In this document: one piece after another, positions 22,331-33,228 of the stretch
Numbering within the stretch: the stretch's first letter is position 1
Layout: each line of letters opens with the position of its first letter
Assembly: GCA_035084275.1 (NCBI GenBank)
Contig: CM068743.1
Span: forward strand, 79,608,001 to 79,672,000
Source: Hydrolagus colliei
Lineage: Eukaryota
Direction of reading: 5' to 3'
DNA: 64,000 nucleotides
The notes under the pieces: generated by a model
The model's input: the letters and a program-made list of their open reading frames with translations, nothing else
What the model was told of the DNA's origin: nothing
Databases searched by the model: none
Made by a program: the position numbers and the translations under genes

Positions 22331-22525
22331 CTGGATATCTCCAGCCGAGGGGGTGTAGTAGGTCCTCCGGAATATGTCAGTCATATTCTTCAGGATGTTC
22401 AACGCGGCTACAATGTCTCCACTGTAGCTGGTCCCTCCCTCTGAGATGTCTGCAAGGTTGCTTATGACTTCCGAAACCCCTTCGCTCATCAAGCCTCGTT
22501 GGGCCTTGGATAGGTACTCCCTTGT
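22331..22525 (-). CDS. ADGRB1: ADGRB1 exon, start of GAIN domain
   Basis: tgtcttgcag|ACAAGG...ATCCAG|gtcaga; 195 nt, phase 0-0. [65 protein letters not shown]. Confidence 0.96.
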
Positions 22526-22555
22526 CTGCAAGACAAAGTTATATTAGGTGTCAGC

Positions 22556-22873
22556 TAGGGTCCGGCGATATATCACTATATCGGTTATATCCGATTTAAT
22601 TTTCATATCGATATGCCGATATCGGAATTTAAAATATATCGATATATCGAAAAATTTGATATGTAAAAAAAAGATATATCGCAAATATCGCTATATCGTG
22701 TCCGGCGATATATCGATATATTGGTATATATATCGGTATAATGCAGACTTTTTCAACTTACCTTGTTGATATCTGAATGCGCGCGCATGCGATTACAAAA
22801 AACCCCCCGCAATATCGATATATATCGATTTGGGCAATCCGATATAGGAAAATTTCAATATTGACAGACCCTA
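22556..22873. mobile_element. hAT MITE
   Basis: TIRs TAGGGTCCGGCGATAT / ATATTGACAGACCCTA; perfect 8-bp TSD gtgtcagc (22548-22555, 22874-22881); interior rich in atatcg/cgatat repeats. Confidence 0.92.
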
Positions 22874-23774
22874 GTGTCAGCCTGCCTCAGCTCTCTCACC
22901 CCTGAGTCTAAAGGTTACAGGTACAAGCTCTGCATGGGGAATTTGATCTTACAATCCAGGGTGACACTCCAGTGCAGTGCTGGGGACGCTCTGCATCATT
23001 GGAAGTGTCATCTTTTGGATAAGTCATTGTCCTGCAGACCTTCCTCTTCAACCGTGCTTACAACCACCTCCCCTCACCCCCCGGCTTGGAGTCAGGCTCC
23101 GTCACTGTAAGCACTCTAAGAAGCTACCCTGCATGGAGGGAGTTATATAAGTCGAAGTTGTTGTTGCTGCTGTACTTTAGATGAGATATTAAACTTGTCT
23201 GTCTGTTCAGGTGGACATTAAAGTTCTCTATCTAAAAACAGAAGAGAAATTCTCTCGATCTCCTGCCTGACAACCCTCTAATTAAAATTGACCATTCAGT
23301 TGATGGGAGTTTGTAGGATGTTGCTGTGCTCAAATCGACTGCCGCGTTCACCTACAAAATACAGTTACTACACTTAGCTACAAATGCTGTAAAGCGCTTT
23401 CAGTTTAGCAGATGCTCTGATCCTATTGCCCTTCTCCTTCTGACCCTCAAGGTGCTTAGGTGATCATTCCTTCTTTGAGGTGCTCAGAACTTGGCCACAC
23501 CATCGTGGGAGAGGATGTAGCATACCGGCAAAGGGCTTTGCAGACAGTGGAGGAAAGAAATCTGCGAGAGCTAGTCATACCAGAGCTGCTGTCGCACACC
23601 TCCTAGCAACTAGTTACAAAACCATATTGTCAGCAGCTGAGACGTAAGGCTGCCTGACATTTTTTTGGCTGATAAATGGTGCTAGGTTGGGTGGTCCTAA
23701 AAGGCGGTGCTGGTTGGGAGGGGGGATTAAAAGGACCAATAAATAACAAAGTGAGTGAGAAGAAAAATAATATG

Positions 23775-24060
23775 GCTACAACAACAACAAAATCACATTT
23801 ATAGAGTGCCTTTCCCTTCGGGAGGACGTTCAAAGCACTGAACAGTCAGGTCAAGTGCCGAGCAAGGAGGAGGGGCAGGGAGGGGTAGGGTGGGGGAGGG
23901 GAGGGAGAGAGTTAGGAGGGGAGGGAGAGATTTGCGAGGGCAACAGAAGGCACGATCAAAGAGGAAGGTCTTGAGAACGGCCGTGAAGGAGCCAAGGGAG
24001 GAAGCGAGATGAAGGGACTGTGAGCTGGAGTTCCGCAGATGGCTCTGTGGGATGGCTATA
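23775..24060 (-). mobile_element. L2 LINE 3' fragment
   Basis: (caa)n-aaatcacatttatagagtgcctttcc tail, G-rich 3' UTR, tggagttcc (WNS) region. Confidence 0.75.
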
Positions 24061-25289
24061 ACATGTTGAACCTGCTACAACATGTTCATATAGTGCAGCC
24101 TCCTGTTATATTTATGTTATAACTCACTTCACTATAGCGCCAGTTTTCTTGTAACATGGTTGTACCCGAGTTGTGCAAATATGCAGCAGGCATTTCCCAC
24201 TAAAATTGATGACTTACAAGTCACTAGGTCACCACTGATATCACTTATGTATGTTGCACTAGCAGCAAAACAATAAGCCATTTTAACCTCCTGTGCTACA
24301 ACTGTTGCTGTCAGCATCACTTCCTGATTTGTGCATAAGCAGATTAGCAGGAAATGACTTTGACAGAGATCTAATGACGCAGGAGTCAGACATTTTAAAT
24401 TTTTTGTATAAATCCAGTTTATTATGTTACTTATGCACATATTCATGTCTAGAAGACGTGAAAAGCGCTATGTCAAATGCAAGGATTATTATTAAAACCT
24501 GCATCATGCCTCGCGCGAGTTGGAATCTTATAGACCATAAACCTTGACTCCCCTCTATTCTATGTTATTACAAGAAGCTCTGTATTTATATAACGTGTTA
24601 ACAGTAACATGGATTCATGCAAAAATAAATGGCAGTGTACATATATATACGTATATATTGTATGTAGATATATATATTTATGCGCAAATTGTGGCTATTG
24701 TTGATCTTCATTCTCTGTTCTTGGATTAACAACTACTGAAAATGATACATTTGTAATAGTAAGCTATGACCAGTCCTTGTGCGCAGGTACAATTACCATG
24801 TTTTATAGGTGGTTTACACCTGATGTTATAGTAGAATCCCAGAATTGCTAAATCATTCTAGGATTGCTTAATCCAGGTCTTCAGTTGAGTGGCTGTGAAG
24901 CCGACTCCATCTCCAGGTTGCTCAGCAACAAGGCAGTGTTGGCTACAAAGTAATTTGGAAATGAGGAACTAATAGACATATTTGTATATTTTATAAATGA
25001 ACAGTTATTATTGTAATGAACTATGATAGTTACAACATTCTGTGTCCATAGCTGCCTTCATCAGGAGGTATTTCTAAAAAAAATTACGTTGGGAGAGATT
25101 TAAAGAAAGGAGTTTACAGGTGGTAACTGAGGGGAGGACGAGGGAGAAAGTAGGGGATGGGAAAGATTTACAAAAGGAACTACAGACAATCTTTATGGGA
25201 GAATGTAGCAAAGAAATGTTCCATGCGTCAGTCTATTGAGCAAAACTAAATCTGTCTCACAATCAGAATATCAATCAGTGTCCACATAC

Positions 25290-25396
25290 TTCTGACTGAA
25301 GTGTCCGGTAATCATTGGAAATGCACTTGACAAAACTCGGAGGCTCCCAAAATGCGATTCCAGCTTCATCCAAGACACATCGCCTCAGGATTATTC
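25290..25396 (-). CDS. ADGRB1: ADGRB1 exon, HRM domain part 2
   Basis: tcttgctcag|GAATAATC...TCAGAA|gtatgt; 107 nt, phase 1-0. GIILRRCVLDEAGIAFWEPPSFVKCISNDYRTLQSE. Confidence 0.94.
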
Positions 25397-25549
25397 CTGA
25401 GCAAGAAAGAAGGAAGTTAGTGTTTTTAAATACCAAGGTAACCAAAGGTTGGTGCTATTCCAGCAGAACCTCAAATAAGCTAAAATAGTGTGAGAAACAT
25501 AGGAAACATGGACAGGAGTAGCCATTCAGTTCAATGAGCCTGCTCCACT

Positions 25550-27185
25550 ATAGAATCTTACGGCACAAATGGAGGCCATTCAGCCCATCGAGTCTGTGCC
25601 GGCTCTTTGAAAAGAGCAATTCAATCCCACTCCCCAGCTCTCTCCCCATAACTGCACAAACCTGTCCTCCCCAAATAAATGTCTACCTCTCTTTTAAAAG
25701 TTGTTATCGAATCGGCCTCCACCACCTTTTCAGGCAATGCATTCCAGATTCGAACAACTCGCTCAGTGAAAAAATTTCTCCTCACCTCCCCTCTGTTTCT
25801 TTTAGAAACTATTTTAAATCTGTGACCTCAAGTCACTGACACACCCGCAAGTGGAAACAGTTTTTCCTTGTTTATCCTATCAAATCCCCTCATTATCTTG
25901 AAAATCTCTATTTGGTCTCTTTGTAAACTTCTCTGCTCCAATGAGAATATACCTAGCCTCTCTAGCCTTTCCTCATAACTGAATCCCTCATTCCTGGTAC
26001 TATCTCCTCTGCATCCTTTCCAATGTCTTAACATCCTTCCTAAAGTGTGGTGACCAGAATTGAACACTGTGCTCTTGCTGAGGCCCAACCAAAGTTTTAT
26101 AGAGGTTAGTCAGAACTTTCTGACTAACCTCTATAAAACTTTGTATGCTTTTTTAACAGCCTTGTCTAACTGTCCGGCCACCTTCAAAGAATCACTTGCA
26201 CAAATCCCCAGGTCTCTCTGTTCTTTCACATGCCTTAAAATTGTACTATCTAGCCTATGTTGCCTCCCCTCATTTCTCCTCCCAAAATACCTCACCTCAC
26301 ATTTCCCCACATTAAACTTCATCTTCCATGTCTCTGTGCATTTTACCATTCTGTCTATATCTTCTTGCAGATGGCTATTATCCTCCTCACCACTTACTAT
26401 TTTTCTTAACTTTATGTCATCTGCAAACTTGGAATTAGTACTCCCTGTACCCAAGTCCAGATCATTAATATAAATTTAAAATAGCAGTGGACCCAATACC
26501 GATCCCTGGGGGACACCACTGTACACGTCCCTCCAGTCAGAAAAACAGCTGTTCACCATAACTCTCTGCTTTCTGTCTCCCAGCCAGTTCTGGATCCATA
26601 CTGCCACTGTCCCTTTAACGCCATGGGCTTCTAGTTTCCTTATAAGCCTTTTATGTGGCACTTTGTCAAATGACTTTTGAAAGTTCATATAAACTACATC
26701 AACTGCTCTACCCTCATCCACCCATTCAGTTGTCTCATTAAAAAAACTCAGGTTTGTCAGGCAACATTTGCCTTCAACAAATCCATGCTGACTGTCCTTT
26801 ATTAACCAATATCTTTCTAAGTGAAGATCTATCTTGTCCCTGATTATAGTCTCTCGAAGTTTCCCCATTACTGTTATTAGCCTGACTGGTCTATAGTTCC
26901 CAGGCTTGTCCTTCTGCCCCTTTTTGTACAGGGGAGTAATGTTAGCAATCTTCTAGTCCTCTGGCACCACCCTCTGTGTCCAAGGAAGATTGAAAGATTG
27001 TGGCCAGAGCCTCTACTGTTTGCACCCTACTTCCCTTAGTCACTTAGGATGCATCTCATCCGGACCAGGTGACGTATCTACCTTGAGCACTGTCAACCTT
27101 TTCAGTACTTCCTCTGTTTATACTTATCCAATCCATTTCCTCTACCCTCTCCTCCGGTACTGTGGCATTGCCTGCACCCTCTTGT
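25550..27185 (-). mobile_element. 5'-truncated CR1 LINE (degenerate RT)
   Basis: ORFs with SQHGF..GK.CLTNL, VDVVYM.FQKSFDKVPH.RL, SGVPQGSVLGPLLF, KFADD, SYEERLERLG.FSLE; CR1-type 3' UTR. Confidence 0.93.
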
Positions 27186-27343
27186 AAAATGTCAGATTTT
27201 TAAAATCCCAATGCTCCCATTCGCCATACATCTTAATACTTCTGCTACCTCAGTCTCTTTCGATCTCTCTTATAATGGAAATCAACTGACATTTAAACCA
27301 ACTCAGTATGGGCAATTCAGCCATTCCTCCCAGTATCGATTAC

Positions 27344-27445
27344 CTGCAGCGTTTGGTGGACATCTGACCACCGCAGACTCCCCTGCTGGTGTCTTCGTCC
27401 ACACCAGCAACTGATAGTTTTCGTCTGGACAGTATTCATGAGGCT
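27344..27445 (-). CDS. ADGRB1: ADGRB1 exon, HRM domain part 1
   Basis: tctgttccag|AGCCTCAT...GCTGCAG|gtaatc; 102 nt, phase 1-1. [34 protein letters not shown](G). Confidence 0.94.
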
Positions 27446-27649
27446 CTGGAACAGAGATTAAAACCTGACTACTTCTGGTGCTATTTTGTAAGAAAACATA
27501 GTTTGTTCCCTAAGAGTAAGACAATAGGGTTCAACCTCCATAATAACACTTTGATATTTATTTCTTTCACATCTGGAGTGTGCCTCAAACAATTCACAGA
27601 ATTTGCTGTAAAATTTAGTGACTGTGAATTCTCTAGTTGAATATGACAG

Positions 27650-27885
27650 GCAATTGTTGCAGAGCCATGTCTTACAAACAGCCAATGAATTAAATGACCA
27701 ATTAAATCTGGGAGATTGCTGACCAGGACACCAAGGGAAACTCCCTTCTCTTTTCAAATAGTGCCGTGGGATCCATAACGTCCAACTGAACAGGCGGACG
27801 GGAACTCTACTTAACATCTCATCCAAATAACTACATCTCTGACAAGGCAGCATATGTCAGCAATTCGAACCGTGCAGCACTCCTC
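27650..27885 (-). mobile_element. Deu-domain SINE
   Basis: Minus strand ggatgagatgttaag...ctgttcagttggacgttatggatcccacggcactatttgaaaagagaagggagtttcccttggtgtcctgg. Confidence 0.7.
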
Positions 27886-28108
27886 CTAGTAATGCACAAG
27901 CATTAGACTAGACAATGACTCATATCCAATACTAGGCTTCAACCCACAACTGAGCCCAAAATACAAGAGTGCAATCAAAGGGGAGGGGAATAAGGACAAC
28001 CATACACCAGCATTCTGCAGCACAGGATAATGATGTACTAACTGTGTTACAACCATGATGACTTTGTTAATCCTCCAGTGTATTACACTCACAGTCACAG
28101 ATATTTAC

Positions 28109-28273
28109 CTGGACACCTCTTTTCATTGCACAACCTGTACTCTTCCCAGGATCCATCACACTGTAGCCCTCCGAAAAATGGTCCAGTGCAAATCCTCTCT
28201 CGGCGTTGTTTCCCTCCATCGCAAGTTTTGGTGCACGATTCCCAACTGGTCCATTTTTGCCATTTTCCGTCCA
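28109..28273 (-). CDS. ADGRB1: ADGRB1 exon, TSR5
   Basis: tgttgcag|TGGACGG...TGTCCAG|gtaaat; 165 nt. [55 protein letters not shown]. Confidence 0.96.
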
Positions 28274-29324
28274 CTGCAACACAAAATATTGGTATTATGG
28301 ACTGGTCTAACAAGAGGATTGAGGTGATTGTGATATTCCCACCCCAGGTGCATCACTTTGGAGATAGCTCAGCCCCAAAGAACACGCTAAAGGGAATCCC
28401 AGAGTCTTGGCACTTGACAACCTTGTGCCTGATACTCTCCAGAATTAGGCAAGCAGGGTATGTGCCCTCAAGGAGTGCCTGAGGGTGTGAGCATATCTCT
28501 AAAAACTCCAGGTATCCTTGGCGGTAACCAAAGCCACATGATGAGAATAGTGCGACTTCTGAACTGAGAAGTCTATCATTACAGCAAGTACCAATCAGAC
28601 CGATAGCAGGGACGTAACTGGTAGTCTTTCACAGCAAAATTGCACTCGAGCTCCCCCCTTCTGGGGCCTTTTGTGCTCTTCCTATGTTGAGAAATGGAAA
28701 TCACCTGGTGTTCAATTGTTCACCCACTGATAGGGAAGCGTGTACTGGGTCTCAGACTCACCACTTAGATTTAGATAATTACCTTTACCTCATTGGTGAT
28801 GCGTTCAGACTTTTTGGGTGGCATTAAGTCCACTAGATTTTTAATAAGATAGGAAAGGGAAGCGCCTTGATATGTCCTGCTGACCTGAAAGGCTTTATAT
28901 AAATGTAATTTGTTGCTGTTGTTTTCGGAAGATGGGGATGGAGGATACAAAAATAATACTTTGAATAGTAAAATTAAGAACTTTAGCAGTGAAACATTGA
29001 TTGAAACAAAACTACAACAAAAACAACAAAATTACATTTATAGAGTCCCTTTCACATCGAGAGGATGTCCCAAGGCGCCGAAGAGAGGGTGAAAGGTTTG
29101 TTTCCCTGCTTCATGTAGTCTCCACTTCATTAACCATTAACAAAGCTCCAGGACACAGTCATAATGGGAGGGAGAAGGTGTCTAATTTTCTTGGGTTGTC
29201 AACCACAACTTGAATGAACCCACAATCTACAGCAACCAGCATTTATTTAGCTTCCTTCTTGTGGGATAGTGTCTTAGGAGAATTTAACCAAATCGTTCTT
29301 CTGAAGAAACCAGCCCATACCTAC

Positions 29325-29489
29325 CTGGGCACTTCCTCAGAAAGCAGGGCCTGTTTTCAGACCAATAGCCTTGACACTCGGCCCCACCAAATGAAGGCCC
29401 ATTGCACTCCCTTGTCCGCTGCTGTGTCCCATTGGAGCAGGAGGTAGAGCACTGGCTCCAGCTTGACCAGTCGTTCCAGTTCCCATCCA
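29325..29489 (-). CDS. ADGRB1: ADGRB1 exon, TSR4
   Basis: ttccccataag|TGGATGG...TGCCCAG|gtaggt; 165 nt. [55 protein letters not shown]. Confidence 0.96.
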
Positions 29490-29904
29490 CTTATGGGGAA
29501 GAAGCCAAAGAATCAAGAGTTAGTGGTTCTGCTCTAAAGCCATAGAAATTAACAGCACAGAAGAAAGGCCATTTGTCTCATTGTCTATGTTAGCTCTTAG
29601 AAAGAGCAATCCATTCACTCTCATTTGTCCACTTTTTCTGTCAAACCCTTGTAGTTCATTCATTTTAAGATATGTGTTCATAGATCAGAAGAATGCCACT
29701 TGGCCCATCAGCCCATTGTAGCTGGAGATACGATGAGCACAATCAGAATTCAAGGATGAATATTTGACAGGTTATATTGTATTGTGTTAACTATAAATAT
29801 TTAACAGGCAAATTAATCATCAGACATTTTAAATAATATTTTCCTAATATTTAATGCAACACCTATAACATTGTTGTTGAACCATCTCAAAGCATTTCTA
29901 GGAT

Positions 29905-30165
29905 TTAGAATCATAGAATTTTACAGCACAAAAGGAGGCCATTCAGCCCATCGTGTCTGTGATAGCTCTTTGAAAAGATCTATTCAAAGCCAATCCCACT
30001 CCCAGCTCTGTCTCCATAACCCCGCAAACTTGTCCTCTCCAAATAACCATCCACCTCTCTTTTAAAAGTTATTATTGAATCAGCCTCCACCACCCTTTCA
30101 GGCAATGCATTCCAGATTTGAATAGCTCACTGCATGAAAATAGAATCACAGAATTTTACAGCACA
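29905..30165 (-). mobile_element. CR1 LINE 3' end fragment
   Basis: agaatcatagaattttacagcacaaaaggaggccattcagcccatcgtgtc... matches 25550-25770. Confidence 0.8.
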
Positions 30166-31147
30166 TAAGGACTCAAAGTGCAATGACCATGTATTTTGTA
30201 GGCAAACGACAGCTAATTTGCATTCATCAATGTCCTACAAACAGCCTTGAAGCAAATGATCAATTATATCTGAGAGATTATTGGCCATGATACTGGGAGT
30301 ACAGTACTCCCATCTCTTTTTCAAATAATGCCATGAAATTTTTGACATCTGCCTGAACAGCAGACAAGTCCAGCAGTTTAGCATCTTATGCAGCATTGCA
30401 TTTTAGTATCAGTGTAGACTGTGAGTTCAAAAGTTCCAACATGGGGCTTTAACCACAACCTTCTGACTTGCGTCCAGATGAGTGGCCTTGTATTTACAAC
30501 CTTCTGACCCAGCGGCAACAGTGCTATCTATTATAACAAGCTACTGATCAACTGGAAAAGGTGAAATCTAACAAGGGTGCAGGGGGATTGACAGGAGAAA
30601 AGAACTGAATACACTCTTTCTGAAAGCCGTCACAAGGGGCCCAATTGTCTCCTTCTGTACTGTAAAACTCTATGCTTCTAAATTAGAAAGGATGGGTTGT
30701 CCTATCTCAATTTGACATTTTCTGTCTAGTCGACTATGTTCTGTCTTAAGGAATTTCCTTGATTAAGGAAAGTATGCATTTAGGAATACTACTATTGCCA
30801 ACCACCTTTGCCTCACAGCTTCCCCAGTAACACATCTTGACCTCTCCACTTCACCATAGATAGCCATGCTTTCAGCCACTATGTCCCAACCCTCTGGAAT
30901 TAACTGCCTCAATCCTCCACCTCACCCACTCTTTGCCCATCTTCAGATTTCACCTGAAGACTTTCTTCTTTGATTGTGCCTACAGTCACCTCCGCTTTCT
31001 TCTCAGCTCAGTGTCATCCTCCACCATTATTAGCAGACCGAGACACTACCCTGCATGAAAGGCGGCATTCATGAACGTTACTGTCATTGTTGTTATAGAA
31101 TGCAAGTAGGGAGTTGAGGGAGGAAGTAAATGAGGAAAAGACCATAC

Positions 31148-31312
31148 CAGGGCAAAGTGCAATGTTGCAGAATTTGGTTTGCTTCTCGGGACCCTCGCAG
31201 GGGTTGCCTCCGAACTGGGGTTGGATACAGGAGCGAGTGCGGTCCCGATGTCCTCTCCCGCACGTAGAGGAACACAAGCTCCAGGGCGACCACTCCTCCC
31301 AAACTCCATGCA
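31148..31312 (-). CDS. ADGRB1: ADGRB1 exon, TSR3
   Basis: cctttcag|TGCATGG...TGCCCTG|gtatgg; 165 nt. [55 protein letters not shown], near-identical to BAI1 TSR3. Confidence 0.97.
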
Positions 31313-33137
31313 CTGAAAGGCAGAGACAACAATGGCGCTCACGTCATGTCATATCATCAGGGCTGCTCCGTTGAAATGAGGTGGTGGAGACAGCCAGTCA
31401 CTGACCAGTGTGGGCAGTGGGTTTGAAGGCTCAAAGTGAGGTGTGCACTGTGAATGCCCGTCACTCCTCTGCATACTCTGAAGTGATGTTACAATTTGAA
31501 AAACAAAATGGTACTTTGTAGACCGCCACTCTAATCCACCCACTCAAAATAAGAAATAATAAGATTAAAATTTACGGCTTCTTATTCAACACAAACCATA
31601 CCATTGCCACCAGGTGACAGCACACCCTGCCACATCATATGGTTTCTTACGTTTTCAGGCCCTAGCAGCGGTTATCATTTTTTGAAATCACAAGCAAGCG
31701 ATTTTTAGTTTGTAAATTTTGGGCCCCAACTGATGCCCAGGTTAATCCTGGATATTTATTTCCCTGCATTGGTCTGTCAAGCAGGGATGAAAATATAAAT
31801 TCAGTTAAAGAATAACATTTTAGCCAGGGCTACACATCGATGCCAAAGTATAATTAATTTTACAGGGCTGTAACACTATAAATGTTGTATGTTAATACTC
31901 TGTGTTTTACAGCAGTATTGCATTTTTCTAGTTATTATACAGAGATATAATACTCCTCTCCCTCCACAACATTCTTGAATATACCTAACTGTTTTACAGA
32001 GCATGATATTTCTTTTACATTATATGTGATGTCAGTTTCAATGAAATTTTACACCTTCTGTGTATATTGTACATACCAACCCAGTTGGAGGCAATGACAT
32101 AAGGGAAGTCAGACTATTACTGGCAAAATGAAAATCTCATGTACTTCCACTTGCCTGGTTGGCAGAGCCACTTTCCTAGTTCTAAGCGGGGACTTCCCTT
32201 GTTCGATCTGGGACTCAACATTCCCTTGAACTAAGTAAAGGAGGCATTTGAACAGAGAACTTTAGTCAAGAGCTCCTGCTCCTGATCACTGACCCATACT
32301 GGAAAATGCATGAAGGCCACAAACATATTTCACTGTGATGCTCATCGCTGTCGTGTACACTGTTGACACTCCAGAGTCATGTATACAGCCAAAATCACTG
32401 CTGTTAGCAGTCAGCTTCTCCAGATGTTGTGACAGATGTTTTCAGTTGTACAGTGCTACTTTGAACATAGGCTATTCTTTGCATAGGCACATTGTGAACA
32501 GTGTTCCACGTTGGCACAATTGGTAGAGATTCCCAAAGATTTTTTCCTTTTCAGAGACAAAGTGAAACGATAGTGGAAACCTAGCCTTAGCCTGTGAAAT
32601 TATTTTGTCTTAAAAATTGAAGGTGACACAGAATTGGAAAAAATCCTCAAATTCAGCCTTCATTGCGGGAAACAGTCCTTTGTTTGTCCTCCCGCAGTTC
32701 TTCACAAGATCACAAAATTAGTCTGATTGAAAAATATCCTTTGGCTCATCCAACCTCATCCTTCCAGAACACCCAACCATCCCCTCATCACTGCATCAAC
32801 TTAAAAAAAGGGTGGCTCCCACATTGAGACTGAGTATCAACATTTTTCTCAATTCAAGAATTAAGACAGAACGGTTTTATAGGCTATGACCAGGTGGGAT
32901 TGCAAATGTCACTACAAGCACCTTACTTGACATGTTTCCACCCACCCCCTTTCCCATTGTTTTGGAAAAAGAACATTCATGGAGCATATTTCACTGAAAA
33001 TCACATAACCTGATCAAAATTGCAATATGCAACGTAATTAACCTATCAAGCCTGAGAGTGAAATAGGTTGTCCGACTTTGGAATTAACCACCTACAAAGC
33101 CCAAATACTGATCCACAATTTTTTTTTGTTAGCAGAC

Positions 33138-33228
33138 CTGGACACACTGCTGGATTGTTACGTAATCTAATTTCCTTCAGGGATCCGCTGCATACATTGG
33201 GAATCGAGAAATTGAATTGGGCCTCGGC
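33138..33228 (-). pseudogene. Degenerate partial duplicate of the ADGRB1 TSR2 exon (pseudo-exon)
   Basis: 33132-33192 matches 35051-35111 at 52/61 nt by manual alignment, including the donor CCAG|gtctgc. Encodes CSGSLKEIRLRNNPAVCP vs [18 protein letters not shown]. Confidence 0.85.
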
